Shown in pieces: positions 39,269 to 51,363 of a DNA stretch of 64,000 bases. This stretch comes from an uncultured Solirubrobacteraceae bacterium (GTDB taxonomy: Bacteria; Actinomycetota; Thermoleophilia; Solirubrobacterales; Solirubrobacteraceae), in assembly GCA_964588985.1 (NCBI GenBank), contig CAZPQW010000002.1, positions 32,001 through 96,000 of the forward strand, in the 5' to 3' direction. A model generated the notes under the pieces. That model had not been told where the DNA came from, did no database searches, and saw only the letters and a list, made by a program, of their open reading frames with translations. The translations under genes and the position numbers were made by a program. Position 1 is the first letter of the stretch; each line of letters starts with the position of its first letter.

Positions 39269-39541
39269 TCAGCTGGGCCAGCGACCGTGAAGGTCGAAGT
39301 ACTCGCGCGCGGCGTCCTCGCGGTCGCGCTCGAGATCGCCGTCCGCGCCGATGCGAAACAGCCAGTTGATGAAGTAGATCGCCAGCCCCGCGCTGAGGAT
39401 GCTCGCGCCGCCCTCGAGGTCGGTTTCGCTGCCCATCGCCATGATCACCACGCCGGCGAGAGAGACCACGACCGGCAGCACGTAGCGAATCGCCACGAGC
39501 GCCCAGGTGGGCTTCGGCGGAGTGGACGCTTGGTCGTTCAC
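39269..39541 (-). CDS. Small two-TM membrane protein
   Basis: Two TM helices, C-terminal RE..AR.YFD.HGRWP; TAGGAT -10 box 6 nt before GTG. Confidence 0.75.
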   Translation of the reverse strand: MNDQASTPPKPTWALVAIRYVLPVVVSLAGVVIMAMGSETDLEGGASILSAGLAIYFINWLFRIGADGDLERDREDAAREYFDLHGRWPS

Positions 39542-39649
39542 CGTTCCATCCTAGGACGACGCATGGTCTCGTGCGACGGCCCATCACGTCAGAGACGGGC
39601 GAAGCCAGAGTGCGGTGGATGGCTGGACTTGTGTGTAGCGTTCGTAACG

Positions 39650-40309
39650 ATGCCCGCGCCGACCATCGATGAGATCACGCTCGCCGACGAGCCCGAGCGC
39701 TGGGCGGCGCTCGGCTTCGTGGTCGCGGGCGGGGTCTGCCAGCTCGCGGACGTGCGGATGCGCTTCGCCGGCGAGCAGGCCGGACGCGGGATCGTCAGCT
39801 GGTCGCTGCGCGACGTGAACAGCACCGAGCTGGACGGTCTGCCGACGACGCTCTCCACGCGGCCCCTGCCAGCGGAGACCGCGCCCGAGCACCCGAACGG
39901 GGTGGTCGCGATCGATCACGTCGTCGCGATGTCGCCGGCGTTCGAGCGCAGCGTGGAGGCGCTCGAGCTCGCCGGACTCGATCTGCGGCGCGTGCGCGAG
40001 GAGCCCACGCCCGCGGGCGCTCCGCGTCAGGCGTTCTTCCGACTCGGACGCGAGATCCTCGAGCTGGTGCAGGAGCCCGAGGAGGTCGTCGAGCGCGCGG
40101 GTGGGCCCGACCATCCGGTGTGCTTCTGGGGGCTCGCGCTGCTCGTGGACGACCTCGACAGCACCGTGGAGGCGTTCGGTGCGCACGTGGGCGAGCCGCG
40201 TGCGGCGGTGCAGCCGGGGCGGCGGATCGCCACGGTGCGTCGTTCGGCGGGGCTGTCGGTGCCGCTCGCGCTGATGAGCGCCGTGCAGCGGGTCGAGGCG
40301 ACGTTATGA
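39650..40309 (+). CDS. Glyoxalase/VOC-like protein
   Basis: HPNGV..IDHVV, QAFFRLG..ILE.V, A.QPGR.IAT; TAGCGT -10 box upstream. Confidence 0.75.
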   Translation: MPAPTIDEITLADEPERWAALGFVVAGGVCQLADVRMRFAGEQAGRGIVSWSLRDVNSTELDGLPTTLSTRPLPAETAPEHPNGVVAIDHVVAMSPAFERSVEALELAGLDLRRVREEPTPAGAPRQAFFRLGREILELVQEPEEVVERAGGPDHPVCFWGLALLVDDLDSTVEAFGAHVGEPRAAVQPGRRIATVRRSAGLSVPLALMSAVQRVEATL

Positions 40310-40983
40310 GCGACGACGTTTGGAGCGAGGTCGATCGCTACGTCGCCGACCGCCTGCTCGGCGATGACCCCGTGCTCGACGCCGCGCTCGCGGACAGCGC
40401 CGCGGCGGGATTGCCGGCGATCGCGGTGTCGCCGCCGCAGGGCAAGCTGCTGCACCTGCTCGCGCGTGTGCACGGCGCGCGGAGGATCCTCGAGGTGGGG
40501 ACGCTCGGCGGCTACAGCACGATCTGGCTCGCGCGAGCGCTCGGCGAGGATGGCCGGGTGGTGACGCTGGAGCTCGATCCGCGCTACGCGCAGATCGCCC
40601 AGGCAAACGTCGAGCGGGCCGGCCTTGCCGGCCTCATAGAAATCCGTGTGGGCGACGCGCACGAGAGCCTCGCCGCCCTGATCGCAGAGGCGCCAGAGCC
40701 GTTCGACATGGTGTTCATCGACGCCGACAAGCGGAGCACGCCCGAGTACTTCACCGCCGCGCTCGAGCTGTCGCGCCCGGGCGGTGTGATCGTGGTCGAC
40801 AACGTCGTGCGCGGCGGCGCGCTGATCGACGCCAACGGCCAGGACCCCGGTGCACAGGGGATGCGCCGCTTCCACGAGCAGCTCTCGGGCGATGCGCGGG
40901 TGAGCGCCACGACGATCCAGACGGTCGGCAGCAAGGGCTACGACGGGTTGACCGTCGTGCTGATCGAGGGTGGACAGCCGTGA
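40306..40983 (+). CDS. O-methyltransferase (caffeoyl-CoA OMT-like)
   Basis: LEVGTLGGYSTIW, FIDADK, VDNVVR.G, KGYDG. Confidence 0.93.
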   Translation: MSDDVWSEVDRYVADRLLGDDPVLDAALADSAAAGLPAIAVSPPQGKLLHLLARVHGARRILEVGTLGGYSTIWLARALGEDGRVVTLELDPRYAQIAQANVERAGLAGLIEIRVGDAHESLAALIAEAPEPFDMVFIDADKRSTPEYFTAALELSRPGGVIVVDNVVRGGALIDANGQDPGAQGMRRFHEQLSGDARVSATTIQTVGSKGYDGLTVVLIEGGQP

Positions 40984-41026
40984 GCGCACGCGTTCCTCAC
41001 GCGGTGAGGCTGTAGGCTCGCGGGCG

Positions 41027-42070
41027 ATGGCGCGCGATCTGAAGCTCGGCATGAACACCGGCTACTGGGCCGGCGGGCCTCCCCCCGGCGTGGTCGAGGC
41101 GATCGCCGAAGCCGAGCGGCTCGGCTACGACTCGATCTGGACCGCCGAGGCCTACGGATCGGACTGCCTCACGCCGCTCGCCTGGTGGGGCGCATCCACC
41201 GAGCGCGTCAAGCTCGGCACCGCGATCGTGCAGATGTCCGCGCGCCAGCCCACCGCCACCGCGATGGCCGCGATGACGCTCGACCACCTCTCCGGCGGGC
41301 GCTTCATCCTCGGGCTCGGCGTCTCCGGCCCGCAGGTCGTCGAGGGCTGGTACGGGATGGAGTTCTCAAAGCCGCTCGCGCGCACCCGCGAGTACATCTC
41401 GATCCTGCGCGACGTGTGGGCGCGCAGGGGGCCCGTCACCGCGCCCGGGCCCGCCTACCAGCTGCCGCGCCCCGACGGGACCGGCCTCGGCAAGCCGCTG
41501 AAGTCCTCGATCCACCCGTTGCGCGAGGACATCCCCATATACCTAGGCGCCGAGGGCCCGAAGAACATCGCGCTGTGCGCGGAGCTGTGCGACGGCTGGC
41601 TGGCGATGCTGTTCTCCCCGACCGTCTACGACGAGCTGTACAAGCCATCGCTGGAGGAGGGCTGGGCGCGCGAGGGAGCGCGTCGCGGCGCTGAGGACTT
41701 CGAGGTGTGCGCGACGGTGCCGCTGATCGTCACCGACGACATCGAGTCCGCCGCCGACGCGCTGCGCCCGTTCTACGCGCTGTACTTCGGCGGGATGGGC
41801 GCCAAGGGCGCCAACTTCCACGCCAACGTGCCGATCCGCATGGGCTACGAGAAAGAGGTCGAGGAAATCCAGGACCTCTACCTGAGCGGAAAGAAGGAGG
41901 AGGCCGGCGCGAAGATCCCCACCGCGCTGATCGAAGAGCTGTCGCTGATCGGCCCCGCGGAGAAGATCCGCGATGACCTCTCCCGCTGGCGCGAGTCGGT
42001 CGTCACCACGCTGCTCATCTCGGGCGACGCCGCCACGCTGCGCGCCGCCGCCGAGCTCGTCCTCGGCTGA
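41027..42070 (+). CDS. LLM-class F420-dependent oxidoreductase
   Basis: WTAEAYGSD, LDHLSGGRF.LGLG.SGPQVVEGWYG, GAEGPKN. Confidence 0.92.
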   Translation: MARDLKLGMNTGYWAGGPPPGVVEAIAEAERLGYDSIWTAEAYGSDCLTPLAWWGASTERVKLGTAIVQMSARQPTATAMAAMTLDHLSGGRFILGLGVSGPQVVEGWYGMEFSKPLARTREYISILRDVWARRGPVTAPGPAYQLPRPDGTGLGKPLKSSIHPLREDIPIYLGAEGPKNIALCAELCDGWLAMLFSPTVYDELYKPSLEEGWAREGARRGAEDFEVCATVPLIVTDDIESAADALRPFYALYFGGMGAKGANFHANVPIRMGYEKEVEEIQDLYLSGKKEEAGAKIPTALIEELSLIGPAEKIRDDLSRWRESVVTTLLISGDAATLRAAAELVLG

Positions 42071-42194
42071 GGTTCGGGCGCCCCAGGGCTCCCTTGGTTT
42101 GATCTTTAGGGCCTTCAATGGCTCGAAATGTCAATTCGTCCAGCCGTCAGCTGACTGCTGCCCATTGTGCTAGCGACCGCCGATAGGCCATCGC

Positions 42195-43277
42195 ATGGCA
42201 ACGGCGATCGCCCCATCCATCCCCCGTCCGTCGCGTCCCGAGGACGCGCCGTCCGACACGAACAGCACGTGGCTGATCGAGGGCGGCATGGACCGCGAGC
42301 GGATGCTCGACATGGACCGCCTGGTGGCGCCCGTGCGCCAACGCTCGTTCCTCGTGATCGCCGCCGCGCTGCTGCTGTGCGGGCCTTGGCTGGGGTGGTG
42401 GACGATCGTCCCTCTGGCCGTCGCGGGCGTGGTGTTCAAGCTCGCCGACGACGCCGTCGGACGGGTGACGCATCCCGAGTACCTGCTGTTCGCGGCGTGG
42501 GCGGGGTCGGAGGTGATGATCGAGGTGAGCGTCGCGCTGACCGGCGGGCCCAAATCCCCGGCGATGGCGTGGTTCGCGATTCCGATCGTGACGCTCAGCG
42601 CGCGCTTCCCGCTGCGCGGCGTGCTGCTCGGAGTGGGCGTGACGGTCGCGCTGATGGTCGCGGTCGCATTCGGCGTGGACGCGCACGCGGTGATCGTCCA
42701 CCCGCCGCTGCTGATCATGCCGCTCGCACTCACGATCGCCGTCGCGATCCTCTCGACCGCGCTGATGCAGTCCGACGTGCGCCACCGCAGCGAGGCGGTC
42801 ATCGACCAGCTCACCGGCATGCTCAACCGCAACTCGCTCGCCGACCGCACCGTCGAGCTCGCGCACCAGTCCGAGCGCACCGGGCAGACGGTCGGGCTGA
42901 TCGTCGGCGACCTCGACAACTTCAAGCGCGTCAACGACGAGCACGGTCACGCGACCGGCGATGCGGTGCTGCAGGACGTCGCGTACATGCTGCGCAAGCA
43001 GCTGCGCGCGTTCGACCTCGCCTATCGCATCGGCGGCGAGGAGTTCCTCGTGCTGCTGCCCGGCGCGGACCTCGCGCAGACCGCCGCGATGGCCGAGCGG
43101 CTGCGCAGAGGGGTGGCCGCGGACACCGTCGGCGGCGGGCTGCGCGTGACGATGAGCTTCGGCGTCAGCGCCTCGCGGCCGGGCGACGCGTTCGACTACG
43201 CGGCCGTCTGCGCGCAGGCCGACGCGGCGATGTACGAAGCGAAGCGCAAAGGGCGCAACGAGGTGTGCGGAGGGTAG
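42195..43277 (+). CDS. Membrane-bound diguanylate cyclase (GGDEF)
   Basis: TM N-terminus, DQLTGMLNR, D.DNFK.VND..GH..GD, RAFD I-site, GGEEF. Confidence 0.94.
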   Translation: MATAIAPSIPRPSRPEDAPSDTNSTWLIEGGMDRERMLDMDRLVAPVRQRSFLVIAAALLLCGPWLGWWTIVPLAVAGVVFKLADDAVGRVTHPEYLLFAAWAGSEVMIEVSVALTGGPKSPAMAWFAIPIVTLSARFPLRGVLLGVGVTVALMVAVAFGVDAHAVIVHPPLLIMPLALTIAVAILSTALMQSDVRHRSEAVIDQLTGMLNRNSLADRTVELAHQSERTGQTVGLIVGDLDNFKRVNDEHGHATGDAVLQDVAYMLRKQLRAFDLAYRIGGEEFLVLLPGADLAQTAAMAERLRRGVAADTVGGGLRVTMSFGVSASRPGDAFDYAAVCAQADAAMYEAKRKGRNEVCGG

Positions 43278-43287
43278 GGTCTAGGGC

Positions 43288-44475
43288 ATGAGCGACGAGG
43301 ACGCCGTGCCCCAGCAGCTGTTCGCGAACTTCCAGTACGAGATCTACGGCTACGGGCTCGCCGGCGAGAAGCCGAAGCTCCCGATCTCCGTCGCCGCGCT
43401 GCAGGACCGCGCCGCCGAAGTCATGACCCCCGAGGCGTACGGCTATGTCGCGGGGGCAGCCGGCGCGGAGCGGACGCTGCGCGCGAACCGCGACGCGTTC
43501 GAGCGCTGGGAGATCGTGCCGCGGATGCTCCGCGACGTCTCCACGCGCGATCTGAGCACGTCGATCCTCGGCACGCCCATGCCCGCGCCGGTGATGCTCG
43601 CGCCCGTCGGCGTGCAGAGCATCGTCCACCCCGAGGGCGAGCTCGCGGTCGGTCGCGCCGCCGCCGCGCTCGGACTCACGTCGATCCTCAGCACCGCGGC
43701 GTCGCACACGATCGAGGAAGTGGCTGGCGCGGTAGGAGACGCCAGCCGCTGGTACCAGCTCTACTGGCCCAGGGACCGCGACCTCGCCGCGAGCTTCGTG
43801 CAGCGCGCGGTCGAGGCGGACTACGCGGCGATCGTGGTGACGCTCGACACGTGGATGCTCGGCTGGCGCCCGCGCGATCTGCAGAACGGCTACCTGCCGT
43901 TCCTCAAAGGCGAGGGCGTCGCGAACTACTTCAGCGACCCGGTGTTCCGCGCGGCGCTCGAGGTCACGCCCGAGGAGGACCTCGGCCCGGCGATCGGGCA
44001 CTGAGCCTACCAGTTCGCCAACCCCACCGTCACGTGGACGGATCTCGCGTGGCTGCGCGAGCAGACCGAACTGCCGATCGTGCTGAAGGGGATCCTCCAC
44101 GAGGACGACGCCAGGCGCGCGCTCGACGCGGGCGTGGACGGGCTGATCGTGTCCAACCACGGCGGGCGCCAGGTGGACGGCGCGATCGGAGCGCTCGACG
44201 CGCTCCCGGCGGTCCGCGACGTGGTGGGCGGCGACTTCACGGTCCTGTTCGACAGCGGCATCCGCGGCGGCGCGGACGTGCTCAAGGCGCTCGCGCTGGG
44301 GGCGGACGCGGTGTGCATCGGGCGCCTGTTCATGTGGGGGCTCGCGCTCGGCGGGCAGGCGGGCGTGGAATACGTGCTCCGCTGCCTGCTCGCCGACCTC
44401 GACCTGACGCTCGCGCTGAGCGGCTACACCGAACTCGCCCAGGTGGACGCGGCGGCGCTCAGACGATCGGCCTGA
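43288..44475 (+). pseudogene. Lactate 2-monooxygenase / FMN alpha-hydroxy-acid oxidase interrupted by in-frame TGA at 44002-44004
   Basis: ORFs 43288-44004 and 44080-44475 share a frame; LAPVGVQ, YQLYW, LKGI, SNHGGRQVDG, DSGIRGG.D. Confidence 0.85.
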
Positions 44476-44491
44476 GCGGGCGGGCCCGGCC

Positions 44492-46087
44492 GTGGCGCCC
44501 GTGCCGATGCCAGCGAGCGCCCGCGCGAAGCGCCTCACGCTGATCGCGTGCATCCTCGGTTCGGGGATCGCGCTGCTGGACGGGACGGTGGTGAACGTCG
44601 CGCTGCCCACGATCCAGCGCGCCCTCGGCGGCGGCCTCGCCGCGCAGCAGTGGGTGGTGAACGGCTACCTGCTGACGCTCGGCTCGCTGATCCTCGTGGG
44701 CGGCTCGCTCGGGGACCTCTACGGCGAGCGGCGCATCTTCGAGCTCGGCGTGAGCGGCTTCGGCATCGCCTCGCTCGGCTGCGCGCTCGCGCCGACGATC
44801 GGCTGGCTGGTGGCGGCGAGGGCGCTGCAGGGCGTGACGAGCGCGCTGCTCACGCCGGCGTCGCTGGCGGTGATCGTGAACACGTTCCCCGAGTCCGAGC
44901 GCGGCGGGGCGATCGGAGCGTGGACGGCTTGGGGGACGATCGCGGCGGTGCTCGGGCCGCTGCTCGGGGGCGAGCTGCTGGCGGTCGCCTCGTGGCGCTG
45001 GATATTCGTCATCAACGTCCCGTTCGTGCTCGCGTGCGTGGTGATCATCCGCGTGGCGATCCCGCGGGCGCCCGCGCGCGCGACCGGGGCCCGGCGCGTC
45101 GACGTCCCCGGCGCGCTGCTGTGTGCGGGCGGCCTCGGCGGCGCGGTGTTCGCGCTGATCGAGCAGCCGCGCCTGGGCTGGTCGAGCCTCGGAGTGCTCG
45201 CGCCGCTGCTCGGTGGGGCGGCGCTGCTGGGCGCGTTCGTTCTCTACGAGTCTCGAGCGAGGGACCCGATGTTGCCGCTGCGGCTGTTCGCGCGGCGGAA
45301 CTTCTCGGCAGGGAACGTCGAGACGTTCTCGATGTACGCGGGGCTGGCGATCGTGTTCTTCTTCCTGATCCTCTTCCTGCAGCAGATCGGCGGCTACTCG
45401 CCGCTGAAGAGCGGCCTGACGACGTTGCCCGTGACGGTCGTGATGTTCCTGCTCTCCCGCCGCTTCGGCGCGCTCGCCGACCGCTTCGGTCCGCGCCTGT
45501 TCATGGGCGGCGGGCCGCTCGTGTGCGCCGGCGGGCTGCTGCTGTTCCAGCGCATGGGCATTCATGTGGATTACCTCGGCGACGTGCTGCCGCCGCTCCT
45601 GCTGTTCGCGCTCGGCCTCTCGCTGACGGTCGCGCCGCTGACCGCCGCGGTGCTGGCCGACGCGACGAAGGACGACGCGGGGATCGCCTCGGGCGTGAAC
45701 AACGCGATCGCGCGCGTGGCTGGGCTGCTTGGCACTGCGGCGGTGGGGGCGGCGGTGGCGGGATCGTTCGTCGCGGATCTACAGAGCCGCTTGTCAGGTG
45801 TGAACCTCGGCCCGGCTGCGCGTGCTGCGGTGGCTGCTGCCAAGCGCCTTCCCCTCGGGCGCCCTGACGTCCACACCCTGCCTGCGGGCCAGGCTCGGGC
45901 GCTGACGAGCGCCGCGGAGCAGGCCTCGTTGCACAGCTTCCACGTCGGCATGGCGATCGCCGCGGCGCTCGTCGCGCTTGGCGGTATCGTGGGTGCGGCG
46001 GGGATCCGCAATCCGCAGCGCGGCGACGTCCACGCGGCCAGTTGTCCGGGCGGCGCCTTGGTGGGGGCGAGCTCGGAGGCGATATGA
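44492..46087 (+). CDS. MFS transporter (DHA2/EmrB-QacA type)
   Basis: LDGTVVNVALP.I, GGSLGDLYGERR, RALQG, GP.LGG, WRWIF.INVP. Confidence 0.93.
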   Translation: MAPVPMPASARAKRLTLIACILGSGIALLDGTVVNVALPTIQRALGGGLAAQQWVVNGYLLTLGSLILVGGSLGDLYGERRIFELGVSGFGIASLGCALAPTIGWLVAARALQGVTSALLTPASLAVIVNTFPESERGGAIGAWTAWGTIAAVLGPLLGGELLAVASWRWIFVINVPFVLACVVIIRVAIPRAPARATGARRVDVPGALLCAGGLGGAVFALIEQPRLGWSSLGVLAPLLGGAALLGAFVLYESRARDPMLPLRLFARRNFSAGNVETFSMYAGLAIVFFFLILFLQQIGGYSPLKSGLTTLPVTVVMFLLSRRFGALADRFGPRLFMGGGPLVCAGGLLLFQRMGIHVDYLGDVLPPLLLFALGLSLTVAPLTAAVLADATKDDAGIASGVNNAIARVAGLLGTAAVGAAVAGSFVADLQSRLSGVNLGPAARAAVAAAKRLPLGRPDVHTLPAGQARALTSAAEQASLHSFHVGMAIAAALVALGGIVGAAGIRNPQRGDVHAASCPGGALVGASSEAI

Positions 46088-46105
46088 GTTGGCAACATTG
46101 CCTCC

Positions 46106-46501
46106 TCAGCGAGCGAATCTCCCAGCGGTGAATTTGACTCTGGCTTCACGGTTCAGCCCGAATCTGCCGGTCCTGGGGTCGACCGTTGCAGCTTGCGTGT
46201 AAATTCCGCTGCCGTACTTGCCTGCGAAGTGGGCTGTGCAGACCATCGCACTTCTGGATATTGGCCTACACTCTGTGCTCCGTACGACCACGCCCGGCGG
46301 TACCCGCGCGTCGATCGCTCTCTCGACTCGTTGCGTGAGCGAGGGATTGCCCGTCCTGCTGTGCCTTGTGGCGAGGTCGCTGGTGCGTGCACCAAACACA
46401 AGCGCGACGCCGACGCCACACAGTGCCGATGTGAGCATGACGGTGCGGACATGCGTAGCGCGGACACGCAACCATTGTGCGATCTTAATGACACCGGACA
46501 T
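46106..46501 (-). CDS. Hypothetical exported protein
   Basis: N-terminal hydrophobic segment, Cys pair (EC...VC); AT-richer islet. Confidence 0.5.
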   Translation of the reverse strand: MSGVIKIAQWLRVRATHVRTVMLTSALCGVGVALVFGARTSDLATRHSRTGNPSLTQRVERAIDARVPPGVVVRSTECRPISRSAMVCTAHFAGKYGSGIYTQAATVDPRTGRFGLNREARVKFTAGRFAR

Positions 46502-46516
46502 GGCACATTGCTCAGG

Positions 46517-46951
46517 CTAGCTCTGGCGCAGCCACGTAGTCTCGGGTCTTTCTGCTCCTCCGTTCAACGTGTACTTGGTGATCAGTGTCCTGTTGGTGGG
46601 TGCAAAGAAGCCCACTGCGGGGATTTTCACCGTCATGGTGCAGCTGCGCGCTTCGTTTGCGAGAAGTGTAACTTCGACCCCCGCGCATGTGGTTCCAAGT
46701 TCAAAGGTGCCAGAACCTAAGCCAGCAGCACCGAGTTCCTGTTTTGTAATCTTGAACCGTCCTGGTCCTCTGGCCCAAGCGGTGACCGCGAGTTCTCCTG
46801 ATGCAAAGAATACTACTTGCGGAGGAACCGAGCCACCGGCCCCAGAGCCGCAGCCATTCGCAAGCATGCTCATGGCAACCAACGTCAGCGCGACAAGTAT
46901 GTGTGGTGCGCGTAAGGCGAAGAATGGGGAAGACTTGGCATTTGACCTCAT
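46517..46951 (-). CDS. Hypothetical lipoprotein
   Basis: Lipobox-like MLANGC, AGGGGG RBS, beta-rich with Cys pair. Confidence 0.55.
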   Translation of the reverse strand: MRSNAKSSPFFALRAPHILVALTLVAMSMLANGCGSGAGGSVPPQVVFFASGELAVTAWARGPGRFKITKQELGAAGLGSGTFELGTTCAGVEVTLLANEARSCTMTVKIPAVGFFAPTNRTLITKYTLNGGAERPETTWLRQS

Positions 46952-47297
46952 TGAATGACCCCCTATATCGGACGTCCACTTGTCAAGTTTAGTTGGCTTT
47001 CTCGTATTGGCTGAGTGAGCTTGGAGGCCGCTATCGCGGAGCCCGAAAGCCAAGACGGCGGCTCCGTGAGCATTTGTACGCCTGGAGGTGAGCTGCGTCA
47101 AGAGTCCTCACCTATCTTGACGACGTACAGCCTAGAACGAGCGTCAACCGCAGCGTAGGCCGAGAGTAGTTCGACAGTTATGTCTCCGACTATCTCCGGT
47201 TTCTTGACTGATCAAGGCCGCGTTGGTAGCGTCGCATCGTGGGGTATAAATTTCTTTGCCGCGGGGTCGGTTTCGAACTAAACAGGAGCGCTGGATT

Positions 47298-47882
47298 ATG
47301 AGGGATCTTCGATTAGTAGGTGTGGCTGCTATTGCGCTACTTGTGCTCGGTACGATCGCACATGCTGGGGCTCACGAATTCGTTGCGAGCACGACGGGAA
47401 CGCTCAAAGCCACGAAAGGCAAAGAGATCTTCACATTTGGCTCAGCAAAAGTTACGTGTACTCAGCTCTCGGTCAAAGGCAGTGTCGCGACGGCGAAAGA
47501 GCAGACTCAGAATGTTACTGTTTTACCCAGTAAATGCGAAGGATTCGGATCGGCCAAAGTAACTGTGTCGGAAGCGGAATTCTTATTCGAAGCCTCGCTC
47601 GGGGCTTCAGAAATCGGTCCGATTGTAGTGCTCACAAATGCGGTGGGGAAATGTAGCATCAAAATTGAGGGTGCGGGTGCGGAAGGCACAAGCAAAGGCG
47701 GCGAAGGCACGCTCAAATACACCAACACTGGCAAAGAAATCAAGACTACTCAGTTAGTTACCGAAATCGAGTACGAATCCAGCGGCGGCGTATGTGGTGA
47801 ACCTGAAATGGCATACACGAACGGTACGATCGAAGCCGAAGGCACCGTAGAAGTCGAAAAAGGGACCATAAAATGGACATAG
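47298..47882 (+). CDS. Secreted beta-rich hypothetical protein
   Basis: AGGAG RBS, signal peptide ending AHAGA, Thr/Lys/Glu/Gly-rich with 4 Cys; AT-rich codons. Confidence 0.75.
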   Translation: MRDLRLVGVAAIALLVLGTIAHAGAHEFVASTTGTLKATKGKEIFTFGSAKVTCTQLSVKGSVATAKEQTQNVTVLPSKCEGFGSAKVTVSEAEFLFEASLGASEIGPIVVLTNAVGKCSIKIEGAGAEGTSKGGEGTLKYTNTGKEIKTTQLVTEIEYESSGGVCGEPEMAYTNGTIEAEGTVEVEKGTIKWT

Positions 47883-47891
47883 TCCTGGCAG

Positions 47892-48195
47892 CTAAATAGG
47901 CTCGCGCGCGTACTCGCGCATCGCGTCGACGATCGGTCCGAGCCTGCGTCCGCGCGCGGTCAGCCGGTACTCGACCGTGGGCGGGCTCGAGGGGATGACC
48001 TTGCGCTCGACGAGGCCCGCGCCCTCGAGGTCGCGCAGGCGCTCTGAGAGCATCCGCGGTGAGATGCCCGCGACGGCCTGGGCGAACTCGTTGAAGCGCA
48101 GCGCGCCGGTGAGCGCGGCGTAGATGATCGACAGCTGCCAGCGCCGCTCGAGGAGGTCCGCGGCCTCGCGGACCTCCATCGGGACGGGCTCACAT

Positions 48196-48215
<20 letters not shown>
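47892..48215 (-). CDS. HxlR-family winged-helix transcriptional regulator
   Basis: RW...I, RFNE, GISPRMLSERLRDLE, PP.VEY.LT..G; alternative start at 48179. Confidence 0.92.
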
Positions 48216-50544
<2,329 letters not shown>

Positions 50545-50631
50545 AGGTAACCGCTCCATATGAGCTTACGAAAGTTTAGTTAGTATAGCGCGGGGTGGTT
50601 GTGCGCGCAAGTAGTTTGGGGTGTATGTCGG

Positions 50632-50653
50632 ATTTGGCTTTGTGGAGCCAAAT
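50632..50653. repeat. Inverted repeat ATTTGGCT-N6-AGCCAAAT
   Basis: Perfect 8-bp inverted repeat in the gap between lon and the divergent membrane gene. Confidence 0.5.
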
Positions 50654-50718
50654 ATCGTCAGCCGGCGAGAGGCGAGTGGGCCGCGAGTACCGTCTCAAGC
50701 GATCGATAGAACCCGTGC

Positions 50719-51174
50719 ATGGCTCAATCGATCGAGGAGCTCAGCTACGAGCTGACGGCCAACGCGCTCGCCGAGCAGGAGCGCGCGTTTTCGGGATTGA
50801 GACTGTGCGCGAGCACGGCTCTTGGCGCAGCTTCCGTTGCTGGCTCGTTCCTTGGCGCGAAGGCAATCCACGGATCGCTCGATGGATGGAGCCTCTTCGC
50901 GCTGATCTCATTCAGCCTCTGCGGAGGCAGCGCCATCTGGGTGCTTGGCCCACACGATTTCGTTTTTGCGTTCCGGGGCGAGATCATCCTCGCCGAAACC
51001 GGCGATGAGCAGGCGCAGGACATACGCGAGGCCTATCGCGCCGCCAGCGTCTGGATCGAGTCCTGCTTGGATGCGAACTCACGCAAGATCGACGACCTGT
51101 CGGTTTGGCTGACCTTGAGTTGCGTGTCCCTGGCCGTGGAGATCATCGCGTGGACACTCGGGATCATTGGGTAG
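50719..51174 (+). CDS. Three-TM membrane hypothetical protein
   Basis: Helical N-terminus, three hydrophobic segments, atypical codon usage. Confidence 0.7.
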   Translation: MAQSIEELSYELTANALAEQERAFSGLRLCASTALGAASVAGSFLGAKAIHGSLDGWSLFALISFSLCGGSAIWVLGPHDFVFAFRGEIILAETGDEQAQDIREAYRAASVWIESCLDANSRKIDDLSVWLTLSCVSLAVEIIAWTLGIIG

Positions 51175-51183
51175 GCTGACGCC

Positions 51184-51363
51184 ATGGTCTTCAAACGTCT
51201 CAAGAGGGAAACCAGAAGCGAGCCAGCAGAACCCCGGCTGAAAGCGAGGCCTCCTAAGGGGTACTCAGCGACCCCTCCACCAGGCTTCGCGATCGTCGAG
51301 AAACGCGGCAAACTGTTTCGCGGGCGGGAACGGGCAAGCATCACGCAGGCTCATCGAAACTGA
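51184..51363 (+). CDS. Small basic protein (59 aa), probably leaderless
   Basis: MVFKRLKRETRSEPAEPRLKARPPKGYSATPPPGFAIVEKRGKLFRGRERASITQAHRN; TAGGCT -10 box 6 nt before ATG. Confidence 0.4.
   Translation: MVFKRLKRETRSEPAEPRLKARPPKGYSATPPPGFAIVEKRGKLFRGRERASITQAHRN

Noticed and set aside
37526-40309. 927-aa plus-strand ORF as a single protein
   Set aside because: Mostly antisense to the ATP-grasp gene; only the part from ATG 39650 looks like a real VOC-like gene
42160-42190. Sigma-28-like promoter (GCCGATAG) before the GGDEF gene
   Set aside because: No matching TAAA-like -35 element at the expected spacing
44002-44060. Selenocysteine recoding of the TGA in the lactate monooxygenase
   Set aside because: The position looks like a Trp site, not a catalytic Cys, and no convincing SECIS hairpin follows
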